IMG/VR virus record: IMGVR_UViG_3300009103_001934
Span: 32,001-96,000 of that record
Length of the DNA stretch: 64,000 bases
Strand: one strand, 5' to 3'
Origin: a virus
Position 1 is the stretch's first letter. Each line of letters opens with the position of its first letter. A program made the translations under genes and the position numbers. Below, one piece after another: positions 55,962 to 64,000 of the stretch. The notes under the pieces are model-generated. The model was given only the letters and a program-made list of their open reading frames with translations, had not been told where the DNA came from and ran no database searches.

Positions 55962-56725
55962 AATTCTTAGTGATAGGAGATAGCTGTACGGATAAGTTTA
56001 TCTATGGTAAATGCGAGAGAATGTGTCCCGAAGCGCCCGTGCCCGTTTTTAACCCCGTCAAGGAAAAGATCAACGGGGGCATGGCTGCTAATGTTCAAGC
56101 AAACGTCAAGGCTCTAGGGGTAGATTGCGATTTAATAACTCACACTAATGAAATATTAAAAACTCGTTATGTAGACATTAAGACAAATCAGATGTTATTA
56201 AGGATAGATGAAAATGATGAAACGGAAGATAAGTTTAATTATAAGGATGTCCCTTGGGGTAGGTATGACGCAGTTTTAGTTTCTAATTACGGTAAGGGTT
56301 TTCTCCGTACCTGCGCAATCCGTGATATATGTCAGTACCACGACAACGTTTATTTAGACAGTAATAAAGTTGAAATGAATTGTGATTTACCCCTTAACTT
56401 AAGATTTTTAAAGATAAACCAATACGAACTTGAGATAAATAAACACTGGAAACACCACCTAACGCCTAGCCAACACGGCCGTAGCGAGTACAATAGACCA
56501 GCGCAAATAATCGTGACCCTAGGACATAAAGGTTGTCAATACATGGGAAAAGTATACCCTCCGCCCAAAAAAGTAATCGCTCAAGACTTATCTGGCGCGG
56601 GAGATACTTTTCTAGCGGCTCTAGCCGTCTCCATGACAAGAGTAGGGGATGTAGATACGGCAATAAACTACGCTAATGAATGCGCTTGTAAAGTAGTAGC
56701 AAAGAGAGGCGTAGCGACAATATGA
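55958..56725 (+). CDS. RfaE/HldE heptose-7-phosphate kinase domain (PfkB family)
   Basis: LVIGDSCTD..IYGKCERMCPEAPVPV, GGMAANV, LSGAGDTF; ATG 55958. Confidence 0.85.
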   Translation: MKFLVIGDSCTDKFIYGKCERMCPEAPVPVFNPVKEKINGGMAANVQANVKALGVDCDLITHTNEILKTRYVDIKTNQMLLRIDENDETEDKFNYKDVPWGRYDAVLVSNYGKGFLRTCAIRDICQYHDNVYLDSNKVEMNCDLPLNLRFLKINQYELEINKHWKHHLTPSQHGRSEYNRPAQIIVTLGHKGCQYMGKVYPPPKKVIAQDLSGAGDTFLAALAVSMTRVGDVDTAINYANECACKVVAKRGVATI

Positions 56726-56925
56726 AAACTAAGGAAAAGCCAAAAAAGAAAAAATGGAAGACTAAAGACCCGACTTGGGAGACGCACACCTACGGAAACG
56801 ATAGAAAAGCTCCGTTTGATATAGAATGGTTAAAGTATTATAACCCCATGGAAGGTAAGGATCAAATATTGTTTATTTATAAAGCCAAAAGGGGCAAAAA
56901 AATTTATAAGTACAGGATATTATAA
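56722..56925 (+). CDS. Hypothetical basic protein
   Basis: ORF in operon. Confidence 0.5.
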   Translation: MKTKEKPKKKKWKTKDPTWETHTYGNDRKAPFDIEWLKYYNPMEGKDQILFIYKAKRGKKIYKYRIL

Positions 56926-57081
56926 TGGAAGACTTAAGTCTACTTCAAAGAACTAAGTATCTGTTTTTAGTAGCGATTTACAGCGTAGCATATTTTTTTT
57001 ACGCTATATTTGTTGGAATTTATGAGTACATTAGAAGCAAGTTCACTGATAGTTGAAGACCCATTCACTTTCGTGGAAGAA

Positions 57082-57648
57082 ATGGTACAAGATGATAAAA
57101 AGGACGACCTTTTCTTGGAGCAAATGTGTCTTTTCGAGGAAGATGAGCCGGACTACCCATCGGGTCAAAATATTATTAAAGTCAATCAAATGAGAGTATG
57201 CGATACAGATTTTGTTGGCTTTAACGGTGAGGGCCGAAAACAGATGAAGTATAATTGGTCAATAGAAGACATGAGAACGGCCAAACCGGAGTTCGTTGCT
57301 CATAAAGCTGGGCCAGACGGACTCCCCTACCTTATAAACATCAAAACTGGAAGAAAAAGGAAGGTTAAGTTTCCGGAAGGAGAGGGAGTACACAACAAGG
57401 GCCGTAACCTTTACCCTAACCTTGGTTATAACTGCATAAAAAAAGACGGTAAGACGAAGGGTGCTTCGGCTTTGGCGCATAGATTTTTTGCTATATTATT
57501 TATAGAAAACCCTGACACCTCATTTTATACCGAAGTAAATCACAAAGATGGAGATAAGTCAAATTATAGATTAGATAATTTAGAGTGGGTTGACCCTAGC
57601 TCCCACGCTAAAAAAGACGCACAGCGCAGAAAAGAACAACAAAAATGA
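57082..57648 (+). CDS. HNH endonuclease (free-standing homing-endonuclease type)
   Basis: AHRFFA..F, VNHKDGDKSNYRLDNLEWV. A 43-aa ORF (56925-57056) lies upstream, so the start is placed at 57082. Confidence 0.85.
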   Translation: MVQDDKKDDLFLEQMCLFEEDEPDYPSGQNIIKVNQMRVCDTDFVGFNGEGRKQMKYNWSIEDMRTAKPEFVAHKAGPDGLPYLINIKTGRKRKVKFPEGEGVHNKGRNLYPNLGYNCIKKDGKTKGASALAHRFFAILFIENPDTSFYTEVNHKDGDKSNYRLDNLEWVDPSSHAKKDAQRRKEQQK

Positions 57649-58310
57649 ACGTTAAATTAGTATCCCTAACTCAACCCCAAGTCGAAGGAATCGAAAGCGC
57701 CGAAGATATTATCTCTTACTGCGCTAGAGTTTCTAATCCCAAAAACCAAATGAATACGGCGACAGCGCCAAAGTTAATTGCTTTTTTAATTAAGCATAAG
57801 CACTGGTCTCCGTTTGAGCTAGCCTCTATGTGCGTTGAGATTACCACAAGTAGAGCTATTGCCGCGCAGATTCTTCGTCATCGTAGCTTTAGTTTTCAAG
57901 AATTTAGTCAACGATATAGCGAGGCTCAAGTAATGGAGCCTGTGGAGGTGAGACAGCAAGCCGAAAAGAATAGGCAAAGCAGTAAAGACGTGATAAACCC
58001 TTCGGTTAACGGATTTGTCAACGCTAAACAAGCCATAGCCGTGCATGAACGTAAATCTTTGCAGCTTTATAATGATTTACTTAGGAATGGAGTAGCTAAG
58101 GAGTGCGCCAGAATGGTTTTACCGCTCACTACTCAAACTACCATATACATGAGTGGAACAGTGAGAAGTTGGGTGCATTATATTGATTTACGAACAGAAG
58201 GTAATACTCAAAAAGAACATAGAGAGGTCGCAGAAGCAATTAAATTAATTTTTATTGATAACTTCCCTAATGTTTCTGAGGCCTTAGCGTGGAAAAGAGT
58301 TGACAAATAA
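57645..58310 (+). CDS. thyX: FAD-dependent thymidylate synthase
   Basis: HKHWSPFE, AQILRHRSFSFQEFSQRY, ARMVLP. Confidence 0.96.
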   Translation: MNVKLVSLTQPQVEGIESAEDIISYCARVSNPKNQMNTATAPKLIAFLIKHKHWSPFELASMCVEITTSRAIAAQILRHRSFSFQEFSQRYSEAQVMEPVEVRQQAEKNRQSSKDVINPSVNGFVNAKQAIAVHERKSLQLYNDLLRNGVAKECARMVLPLTTQTTIYMSGTVRSWVHYIDLRTEGNTQKEHREVAEAIKLIFIDNFPNVSEALAWKRVDK

Positions 58311-58328
58311 GAAGAACCATAATATACT
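58300..58328 (+). promoter_or_regulatory. sigma70 promoter
   Basis: TTGACA 58300-58305, 17-nt spacer, TATACT 58323-58328. Confidence 0.75.
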
Positions 58329-58342
58329 TGTGATCGTGGTAG

Positions 58343-58570
58343 ATGACTGCAAGCGATTTCGACAAACCAAAGTGGGAGGTAAAGCTTTTCTACAAAGCTC
58401 TGAAAAACTATGTTGTAAAAGCGGACTCTAGGGAAGAAGCGCATAAATTAGCCTATAATGCTTTTTTGGACGCTAATCCTGACGAATTACTTGGAGAATC
58501 AGAGATAGCAGATGATTTTATAGAGACAACGATCGAAGGAGAGGAAGGCTCAGATATGCTACATGAATAA
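58343..58570 (+). CDS. Hypothetical acidic protein
   Basis: ORF after promoter. Confidence 0.6.
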   Translation: MTASDFDKPKWEVKLFYKALKNYVVKADSREEAHKLAYNAFLDANPDELLGESEIADDFIETTIEGEEGSDMLHE

Positions 58571-58754
58571 CGAGAAAAAAATAAAAATAGTAACAGGGAT
58601 GGTAGCAGAAATGCTAGAGTTAGCCAAAGCCGTAGATGAAAGGCACAAAGCAAGGATGCTGACCAAAGGACAAGGAGAACAATCCCTAGGAGAAAGTTGG
58701 GTTATTTTTCACCTTAAAGCAATTAAAGAATTATTAGAAGATGAGTCTGTTTGA
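58563..58754 (+). CDS. Hypothetical protein
   Basis: Overlapping operon ORF. Confidence 0.55.
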   Translation: MNNEKKIKIVTGMVAEMLELAKAVDERHKARMLTKGQGEQSLGESWVIFHLKAIKELLEDESV

Positions 58755-59316
58755 TACTATTATTTGTGACTACCCCCTTCCCCTCCCAGATTTTACAGAA
58801 GAGGAATTGGAAGACATCAACTCCGGAGAAGAGGGCTGGAGCGATTGGTCCGAAGTGGAATGGCAAACGAAGGACATGGGAGGCATGCTTGATGTTTATA
58901 CCATAGAGGACGATGGGCAGATATACCTACGTCCTACGCAGTGGAGCCTTGTCCAAGATGAAGAGAGAGGGGAGGTCACCGCAGAAGAGGGGGAGTTAGA
59001 AAAATTTGAAAAGACCGCGGAAATAAACTTCTACCAATTCTTTACGGGTAAAAAAAACGATCACTGGATTGAATTTAAAGCGGTAGTCTGGAAAGGCGAT
59101 TTAAAAGAGCTAGAGCTAGTAGAATATAAAAAAGAAGATAATTCCGATAGGATAAAAATGCAAAAGCAAATGCAAAAAGAATTAAAATCTGCCAGTTTAG
59201 TGAGTAAGCCCTATAAGGTATACAGATGGGTTGTATGCAAGCCTCTGGAGATTATGCGCCTTGTTATGGGTTTTATTATCGGAGTGACACTAAAGATAGA
59301 AAGGTGGCTACCGTAA
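58741..59316 (+). CDS. Hypothetical phage protein
   Basis: MSLFDTIIC...WQTKD...YTIEDDG pattern. Confidence 0.6.
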   Translation: MSLFDTIICDYPLPLPDFTEEELEDINSGEEGWSDWSEVEWQTKDMGGMLDVYTIEDDGQIYLRPTQWSLVQDEERGEVTAEEGELEKFEKTAEINFYQFFTGKKNDHWIEFKAVVWKGDLKELELVEYKKEDNSDRIKMQKQMQKELKSASLVSKPYKVYRWVVCKPLEIMRLVMGFIIGVTLKIERWLP

Positions 59317-59615
59317 TGCCTTTTCAATCAAAACCCTATATTAAAGTGGGCAAACCGAAGAATACTTTTATTCCTCGCCCCCCCAAATTTGCAACGCATG
59401 CAGTTATGAAGTGTTACGACGAGCTAGCTCATAATGGAAAGCCCAAAACAGCAACCTTGCCCATTCAGGATTTTGACTGTTTCTTGGGGGTGTCGGGAGA
59501 TTTTAAATATATTCGCATGGATAAGAAGGGCAAGATTCACGAAAAATATAAAGAAACTTGGTATTGGGATGGGCGCTGTGTTCCAGAAATACAAGGGATG
59601 ATTAATGAGAATTGA
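59316..59615 (+). CDS. Hypothetical protein
   Basis: TAATG-coupled start at 59316. Confidence 0.6.
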   Translation: MPFQSKPYIKVGKPKNTFIPRPPKFATHAVMKCYDELAHNGKPKTATLPIQDFDCFLGVSGDFKYIRMDKKGKIHEKYKETWYWDGRCVPEIQGMINEN

Positions 59616-60759
59616 AGAGGACATAAAGTTAGACTACAAGGACGTTCTCCTACGCCCCAAGCGTTCAGAGCTTACCTCTCGCAAAGAGGTAGACCTTATG
59701 CGCGAGTTTACTTTTAAGAACGCTGGCGGTGAAGGTTCTGATCCCAAAGCTTATGGCTGGAAAGGTATTCCTATTGTTGCAGCAAATATGGATACAGTTG
59801 GCACCTTTGAAACAGCTAAAGCTCTTGCACAACACCATATGTTGACCTGTATCAGTAAGCATAATGATATAAAAAGATGGCTCCATAAATTAAATGGCTA
59901 TGGAGTCTACAAAAGCTCAGAACAAAGGGAGGGTGGTGTTTGGAAGCATGACCGTCACTCCGATAATTGGCAGAATAGAATTTATGAACACATTTCTCCT
60001 TCTATTGGTATTAAGTATGACCCAGAGAAGGCCGATGACATAGATTATCTAAATACTATTACATGGAATTTTTATCATACTAGATTCGTATGTATTGATG
60101 CAGCGAATGGGTATACATCAAGGTTTTGTGATTTTATTAAACGAGTTAGAGACGAACACCCCGCGCTTATTATTATTGCGGGTAATGTCGTCACTGGCGA
60201 AATGACAGAGGAGATTATATTAAGTGGAGCAGATATTGTCAAAGTGGGTATTGGTGGCGGGAGTGTCTGCACTACTCGCGTACAAACTGGCGTTGGCTAT
60301 CCCCAACTCTCGGCGGTTATCGAATGTGCGGATGCGGCTCACGGTATTGGTGGTCACATTATGGCTGACGGCGGTTGTGTGTGCGCTGGTGATATTGCCA
60401 AAGCTTTTTGCGCTGGGGCTGATTTTGTTATGCTTGGCGGTATGTTGGCGGGACATACTGAATCTGCTGGACAAGAAGAGGAAGTAGATGGTGTTAAATA
60501 TAAGACTTTTTACGGCATGAGCTCGGACACAGCCATGAACAAGTATCATGGAGGCGTTGCGAAGTATCGTTCTTCAGAAGGAAAAACAACAAGAATTAAA
60601 CACCGCGGGCTTATTAAAAATACCGTGGAAAGTATTCTCGGTGGCTTGCGTAGCACTTGTACTTATATCGGCGCTAGGAAATTGAAAGATATGCCTAAGT
60701 GTGCTACATTTGTGAGGGTATCTCAGCAGTCAAATGAGGTATTTGGGAGGAACATTTAA
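59605..60759 (+). CDS. guaC: GMP reductase
   Basis: [51 protein letters not shown]. Confidence 0.95.
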   Translation: MRIEEDIKLDYKDVLLRPKRSELTSRKEVDLMREFTFKNAGGEGSDPKAYGWKGIPIVAANMDTVGTFETAKALAQHHMLTCISKHNDIKRWLHKLNGYGVYKSSEQREGGVWKHDRHSDNWQNRIYEHISPSIGIKYDPEKADDIDYLNTITWNFYHTRFVCIDAANGYTSRFCDFIKRVRDEHPALIIIAGNVVTGEMTEEIILSGADIVKVGIGGGSVCTTRVQTGVGYPQLSAVIECADAAHGIGGHIMADGGCVCAGDIAKAFCAGADFVMLGGMLAGHTESAGQEEEVDGVKYKTFYGMSSDTAMNKYHGGVAKYRSSEGKTTRIKHRGLIKNTVESILGGLRSTCTYIGARKLKDMPKCATFVRVSQQSNEVFGRNI

Positions 60760-60762
60760 ATA

Positions 60763-60939
60763 ATGGAAGAACAAGAGAGCAAAACATGGGTAGCGGTTGT
60801 TTATGACGGGCAGGACAAGATAAACTCTCGAATATTTCGGGGGAGTGAGGAAGAGATTGTCAGGCCCGAGGCCCTAAAATGGGTTACCGAACTGTACGGA
60901 CAAGGGACAGATTGGTCACTACACGAAATCAATAGATAA
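60763..60939 (+). CDS. Hypothetical protein (58 aa, not in ORF track)
   Basis: Fills the gap between guaC and the next ORF. Confidence 0.45.
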   Translation: MEEQESKTWVAVVYDGQDKINSRIFRGSEEEIVRPEALKWVTELYGQGTDWSLHEINR

Positions 60940-60944
60940 AATTA

Positions 60945-61289
60945 ATGCCCAGAAAAAAGCATTATGAAGTGGAACTACTCACTCCTAATAGCCTGAAGGC
61001 CAAGAGGAAGAGAGTAGTCCGGTGTTTAACGCCAAAATGTCAGTTGAGGTACTCTGTAAAGGATTACGAAATACTTTACGACAACAAAAAATTAATGTAT
61101 TTTGACGCAAGCTCTATCCTAGTTAAGAGTAAGTCAATTATTTGCCATGATTGTTTGTTTAGGCACATTTTAGCCCTAACAGGCTCGAAGGTAGCAAAAG
61201 TATTAATCGTAAATCCAGACAAGGGCACAGCTAAAATATGTAAATTTTATCCGAAGGGAGACAAAAAGTGGCTAGACGAAGATGAATAA
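60945..61289 (+). CDS. Hypothetical basic protein with Cys/His motifs
   Basis: CLTPKC, CHDC. Confidence 0.55.
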   Translation: MPRKKHYEVELLTPNSLKAKRKRVVRCLTPKCQLRYSVKDYEILYDNKKLMYFDASSILVKSKSIICHDCLFRHILALTGSKVAKVLIVNPDKGTAKICKFYPKGDKKWLDEDE

Positions 61290-61923
61290 ATTAAATTTAA
61301 AAGATGTGACTTTATTTTGTATAGACGATATGGCCCCGATAAAGGCCCATGCCGTTATGGAGTCTGTTTGTAATAATATAGAATTCGGTGACGTTAAACT
61401 GTTCTCTTCTAGAAGCGAAGAGTGTGTAACAAACAAATTAGAAAAGCCGATTAATACGCTGTTAAATTATAGCACATTTGCAGTTTATGAACTTCACGAA
61501 CATATTGATACAGAATTTGCGATGTGCATGCAGCGAGACGGTTATCCTCTAAGACCAGCGAGTTGGACAGATGATTTTTTAAGGTTTGATTATATTGGTG
61601 CGCCGTGGACTTGGGCGGCGGGATATAGAGCAGTAGGAAAGCATGAGTGTGAAGTAGGTAGATGTGTGGGAAATGGCGGGTTTAGCATTAGGTCTAAAAG
61701 GTTAATGGAGGAAGCGGCCAAGCATGAATATGATGGAGACTTAAACGAAGATGCCTTTATATGTAAAAAAATAGCACACAAGCTTGAAGCTAAGGGTATC
61801 AGGTTTGCTCCAGTAGAGTTAGCCTCTTATTTTTCTGTCGAAAACGGGGTTTATGAATTTCAATTCGGGTTTCATGGTAGAAAAACTCAAGAAATAAACA
61901 AGAAACTGGGGGTATTTAAATGA
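61282..61923 (+). CDS. DUF5672-like GT-related protein
   Basis: MQRDGY, DYIGAPW, VGNGGFSIRS, NED..IC, FGFHG. Confidence 0.75.
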   Translation: MNKLNLKDVTLFCIDDMAPIKAHAVMESVCNNIEFGDVKLFSSRSEECVTNKLEKPINTLLNYSTFAVYELHEHIDTEFAMCMQRDGYPLRPASWTDDFLRFDYIGAPWTWAAGYRAVGKHECEVGRCVGNGGFSIRSKRLMEEAAKHEYDGDLNEDAFICKKIAHKLEAKGIRFAPVELASYFSVENGVYEFQFGFHGRKTQEINKKLGVFK

Positions 61924-61924
61924 T

Positions 61925-62422
61925 ATGGATGAGTTCAGTCAAAATTTTCACATGACATTAATTAATTCTTGGAGAGCAGAGTACCCTGATAAAAAATTAG
62001 TTGTAACTAATGGATGCTTTGACATACTTCACGTGGGGCACGTTAAGTATCTTCAAAAAGCTAGGGAGCTAGGCGACGCACTTTTAGTAGGTCTTAACGG
62101 AGACGACTCTGTTAGGCAGCTAAAGGGGCCGAATAGGCCGATCAATAACCAAGACGATAGAGCGGACGTGCTATCTGCGTTATCTTGCGTAGATTTTGTT
62201 TATATTTTCAAAGACTCTAGAGCTACAAATTTTTTGAAAGAGTCCAAGCCGGATATATATGTTAAGGCCGGAGATTATACACTCGATACGCTGTATCCTC
62301 CAGAAAGGTGCGCGTTAGAACTTATAGGTAGCAGAATAGAGTTCCTACCTTTTATTGAAGGAAAGTCTACCACAAGTATATTGAGGCAATCTATGCGTCG
62401 AAAAGAAAGGCAATCAATTTAA
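61925..62422 (+). CDS. RfaE/HldE domain II heptose-1-phosphate nucleotidyltransferase
   Basis: TNGCFDILHVGH, VGLNGDDSVRQLKGPNRP, KAGDY, STTSI. Confidence 0.9.
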   Translation: MDEFSQNFHMTLINSWRAEYPDKKLVVTNGCFDILHVGHVKYLQKARELGDALLVGLNGDDSVRQLKGPNRPINNQDDRADVLSALSCVDFVYIFKDSRATNFLKESKPDIYVKAGDYTLDTLYPPERCALELIGSRIEFLPFIEGKSTTSILRQSMRRKERQSI

Positions 62423-62425
62423 ATC

Positions 62426-63283
62426 ATGAAACCCAGTAAAGAACATAATGATAATTCATTATCGATTTATATGAAAGAGGCGGGTAAGTACGATCTACTC
62501 ACCAAAGAAGAAGAGACCCAACTTTTTAAAATCCTGCACTCCAAGACTCGGAAGAAAATAAGAAAAGAGGTAAGAGAAAGGATAATTAAATCTAATTTAA
62601 AACTAGTAGTCAAAATAGCGAAAGAATATCGCAATTTGGGTTTAGATTATGAAGATTTAATCGAGGAGGGCAATATCGGACTAATGACAGCAGTAGACAA
62701 GTTCAACCCCAAAAAAGGAGCAAAATTATCTTACTACGCTTCTTTTTGGATAAAGCAGACTATCAGAAGAGCAATTAGCAACAAGGGTAGAACTATAAGA
62801 TTACCGGTAGCGGTCGTAGAGTCGAAATTGAAAGTTTCGAAATATGTGGAAGACTACGAGTCAAAAAATGATGATAGCCCGACCGACGAACAAATTGCAA
62901 ACGCCACGGGATTAAGTAATAAAAAAGTAAAGTTACTCACGAGCCTTGGTTTTCAGTCAGACTCCCTCAATAGAGTGATACAAACAGAAGAGGCTGGGGA
63001 AGAAAGTGAGTTACAATCATTAATTCAAGATAAGTCAGTCATAGACCCGGCGCAGCTTTTCTTAAAGAAAGACGGGCGAGAGGTTCTGATGAAACTGGTT
63101 GATAACTTAGAGGAGAGACAAAGATATATAATAATTCACAGATTTGGCCTAGGGAATACCGAAAGGCAAACCCTAGAAACTATAGGCAAAAAGTTCAACC
63201 TTACAAGGGAGAGAATTAGACAGCTTGAAACCGCAGCGCTCGAAAATCTAAGAGATATAATAAGCGGAAAAAATGAAATTTAA
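62426..63283 (+). CDS. sigma70-family RNA polymerase sigma factor (regions 1.2-4)
   Basis: NLKLVVKIAK, DLIEEGNIGLMTAVDKF, YASFWIKQ, TLETIG..FNLTRERIRQLE. Confidence 0.95.
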   Translation: MKPSKEHNDNSLSIYMKEAGKYDLLTKEEETQLFKILHSKTRKKIRKEVRERIIKSNLKLVVKIAKEYRNLGLDYEDLIEEGNIGLMTAVDKFNPKKGAKLSYYASFWIKQTIRRAISNKGRTIRLPVAVVESKLKVSKYVEDYESKNDDSPTDEQIANATGLSNKKVKLLTSLGFQSDSLNRVIQTEEAGEESELQSLIQDKSVIDPAQLFLKKDGREVLMKLVDNLEERQRYIIIHRFGLGNTERQTLETIGKKFNLTRERIRQLETAALENLRDIISGKNEI

Positions 63284-63572
63284 AAACGCAGATGGGGCTG
63301 AATATCAGATATTTTTCCGAAAACCAAACCGGAGATATTATGGGCGAACTTGTGACGGTTATTGTACTGATCCGCATAGGTCCAATCCTAAAATATACAT
63401 AAATCCCCACAGAACTGACCAAACTCAATTAAATACCCTCATACATGAAGTGGCACACGCCTTCTTCTGGGATAAAAGTGAGAAAGAAGTAAAAAAATAT
63501 GCGGACACCATGAGCAGATTACTTTATAATGAATTAGGCTGGCGAAAAATCGAAAAAGATGATATTATATAA
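63273..63572 (+). CDS. Small HExxH zincin-like protein
   Basis: LNTLIHEVAHAFF. Confidence 0.6.
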   Translation: MKFKNADGAEYQIFFRKPNRRYYGRTCDGYCTDPHRSNPKIYINPHRTDQTQLNTLIHEVAHAFFWDKSEKEVKKYADTMSRLLYNELGWRKIEKDDII

Positions 63573-63574
63573 TA

Positions 63575-64000
63575 ATGAGACTAGATCATATAGCTTATAG
63601 ATCGAAAGACAGGAAGAAGACAGCTAAGTTTTTTAAAGATTGTTTCGGTTATAAAGTCGGGGCAGAATTTGATTTGAAATTTGATGACGGCAGCACTACT
63701 GATTGTATAGCCCTTGCTCCTCCCGAAAAAAGGCATGACGAGACGGAAAATTGGATTTTTAAGAAATTAATGGCTACCCACTATGCTGGGCCGTCCGACC
63801 CGCTATACATGGTAGATTGTGAGTTTCATGCTCCCCCTGAGATTTTCGTTAGCGATGGCCCAGCGGGCTCCATAGTAGGTGACTGGGTGGAAGAACGAGG
63901 AGGGATAGGCGGCGTACATCATATGGCTTACCAAGTTGAAGATGTGGCGGCGACCATGCAATTATGGAAAGAGAAAGGGTACGCAGAGTTTTATTCGGAA
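63575..64000 (+). CDS. VOC/glyoxalase-superfamily protein (truncated by window end)
   Basis: MRLDHIAY...AKFFKDCFGY and GGVHHMAYQVEDV. Confidence 0.75.
   Translation, partial: MRLDHIAYRSKDRKKTAKFFKDCFGYKVGAEFDLKFDDGSTTDCIALAPPEKRHDETENWIFKKLMATHYAGPSDPLYMVDCEFHAPPEIFVSDGPAGSIVGDWVEERGGIGGVHHMAYQVEDVAATMQLWKEKGYAEFYSE

Noticed and set aside
1-64000. Stop-codon reassignment
   Set aside because: The standard code gives dense, full-length genes, and TAA, TGA and TAG all end recognisable proteins at expected positions.
1-64000. Cellular (e.g. CPR or streamlined bacterial) chromosome
   Set aside because: No ribosomal, translation or cell-division genes; single copies of replisome parts, HNH, many tiny orphans and one-strand operons fit a large phage better. 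Not fully excluded, since no capsid or terminase is in the window.

Overview
AT-rich, gene-dense, almost entirely + strand DNA that is best read as part of a large tailed-phage (jumbo-like) genome. This is an inference: it has a replisome, a sigma factor, tRNAs, tmRNA and auxiliary metabolic genes, but no ribosomal proteins, and no capsid, portal or terminase gene is recognisable in this window. Left to right: (1) A replication/recombination module (RecA C-terminus, Vsr-like nuclease, DnaB, primase, PD-(D/E)XK nuclease, a Pol III split into PHP / DEDDh exonuclease / DnaE-core genes, a Whirly-like ssDNA-binding candidate). It is interrupted by two GC-richer giant orphan ORFs: 1302 aa with mucin-like Thr repeats, and 2948 aa with a beta-barrel-like segment. 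(2) About 21 kb of glycan synthesis and decoration genes: some 14 glycosyltransferase-like ORFs window-wide including a tandem GT60 and three PLOD-type GT domains, nucleotide-sugar enzymes, methyltransferases, a sulfotransferase and a PLP decarboxylase. A signal peptidase I, a secreted trypsin-like protease and a tmRNA with a 35-aa tag are embedded in this region. (3) An auxiliary region with ornithine cyclodeaminase-like, proline dehydrogenase, a TolQ/ExbB-like motor set, APS kinase, split HldE, ThyX, GuaC, a sigma70 factor and three tRNAs reading AGA, AUA and UUA. Non-coding signals include sigma70 promoters (several apparently leaderless), a perfect sigma54 box before hsp20, a recurrent GTGTA upstream motif, and a 64-nt unannotated structured RNA candidate. 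All family calls are motif recognition by eye; no database search was run.
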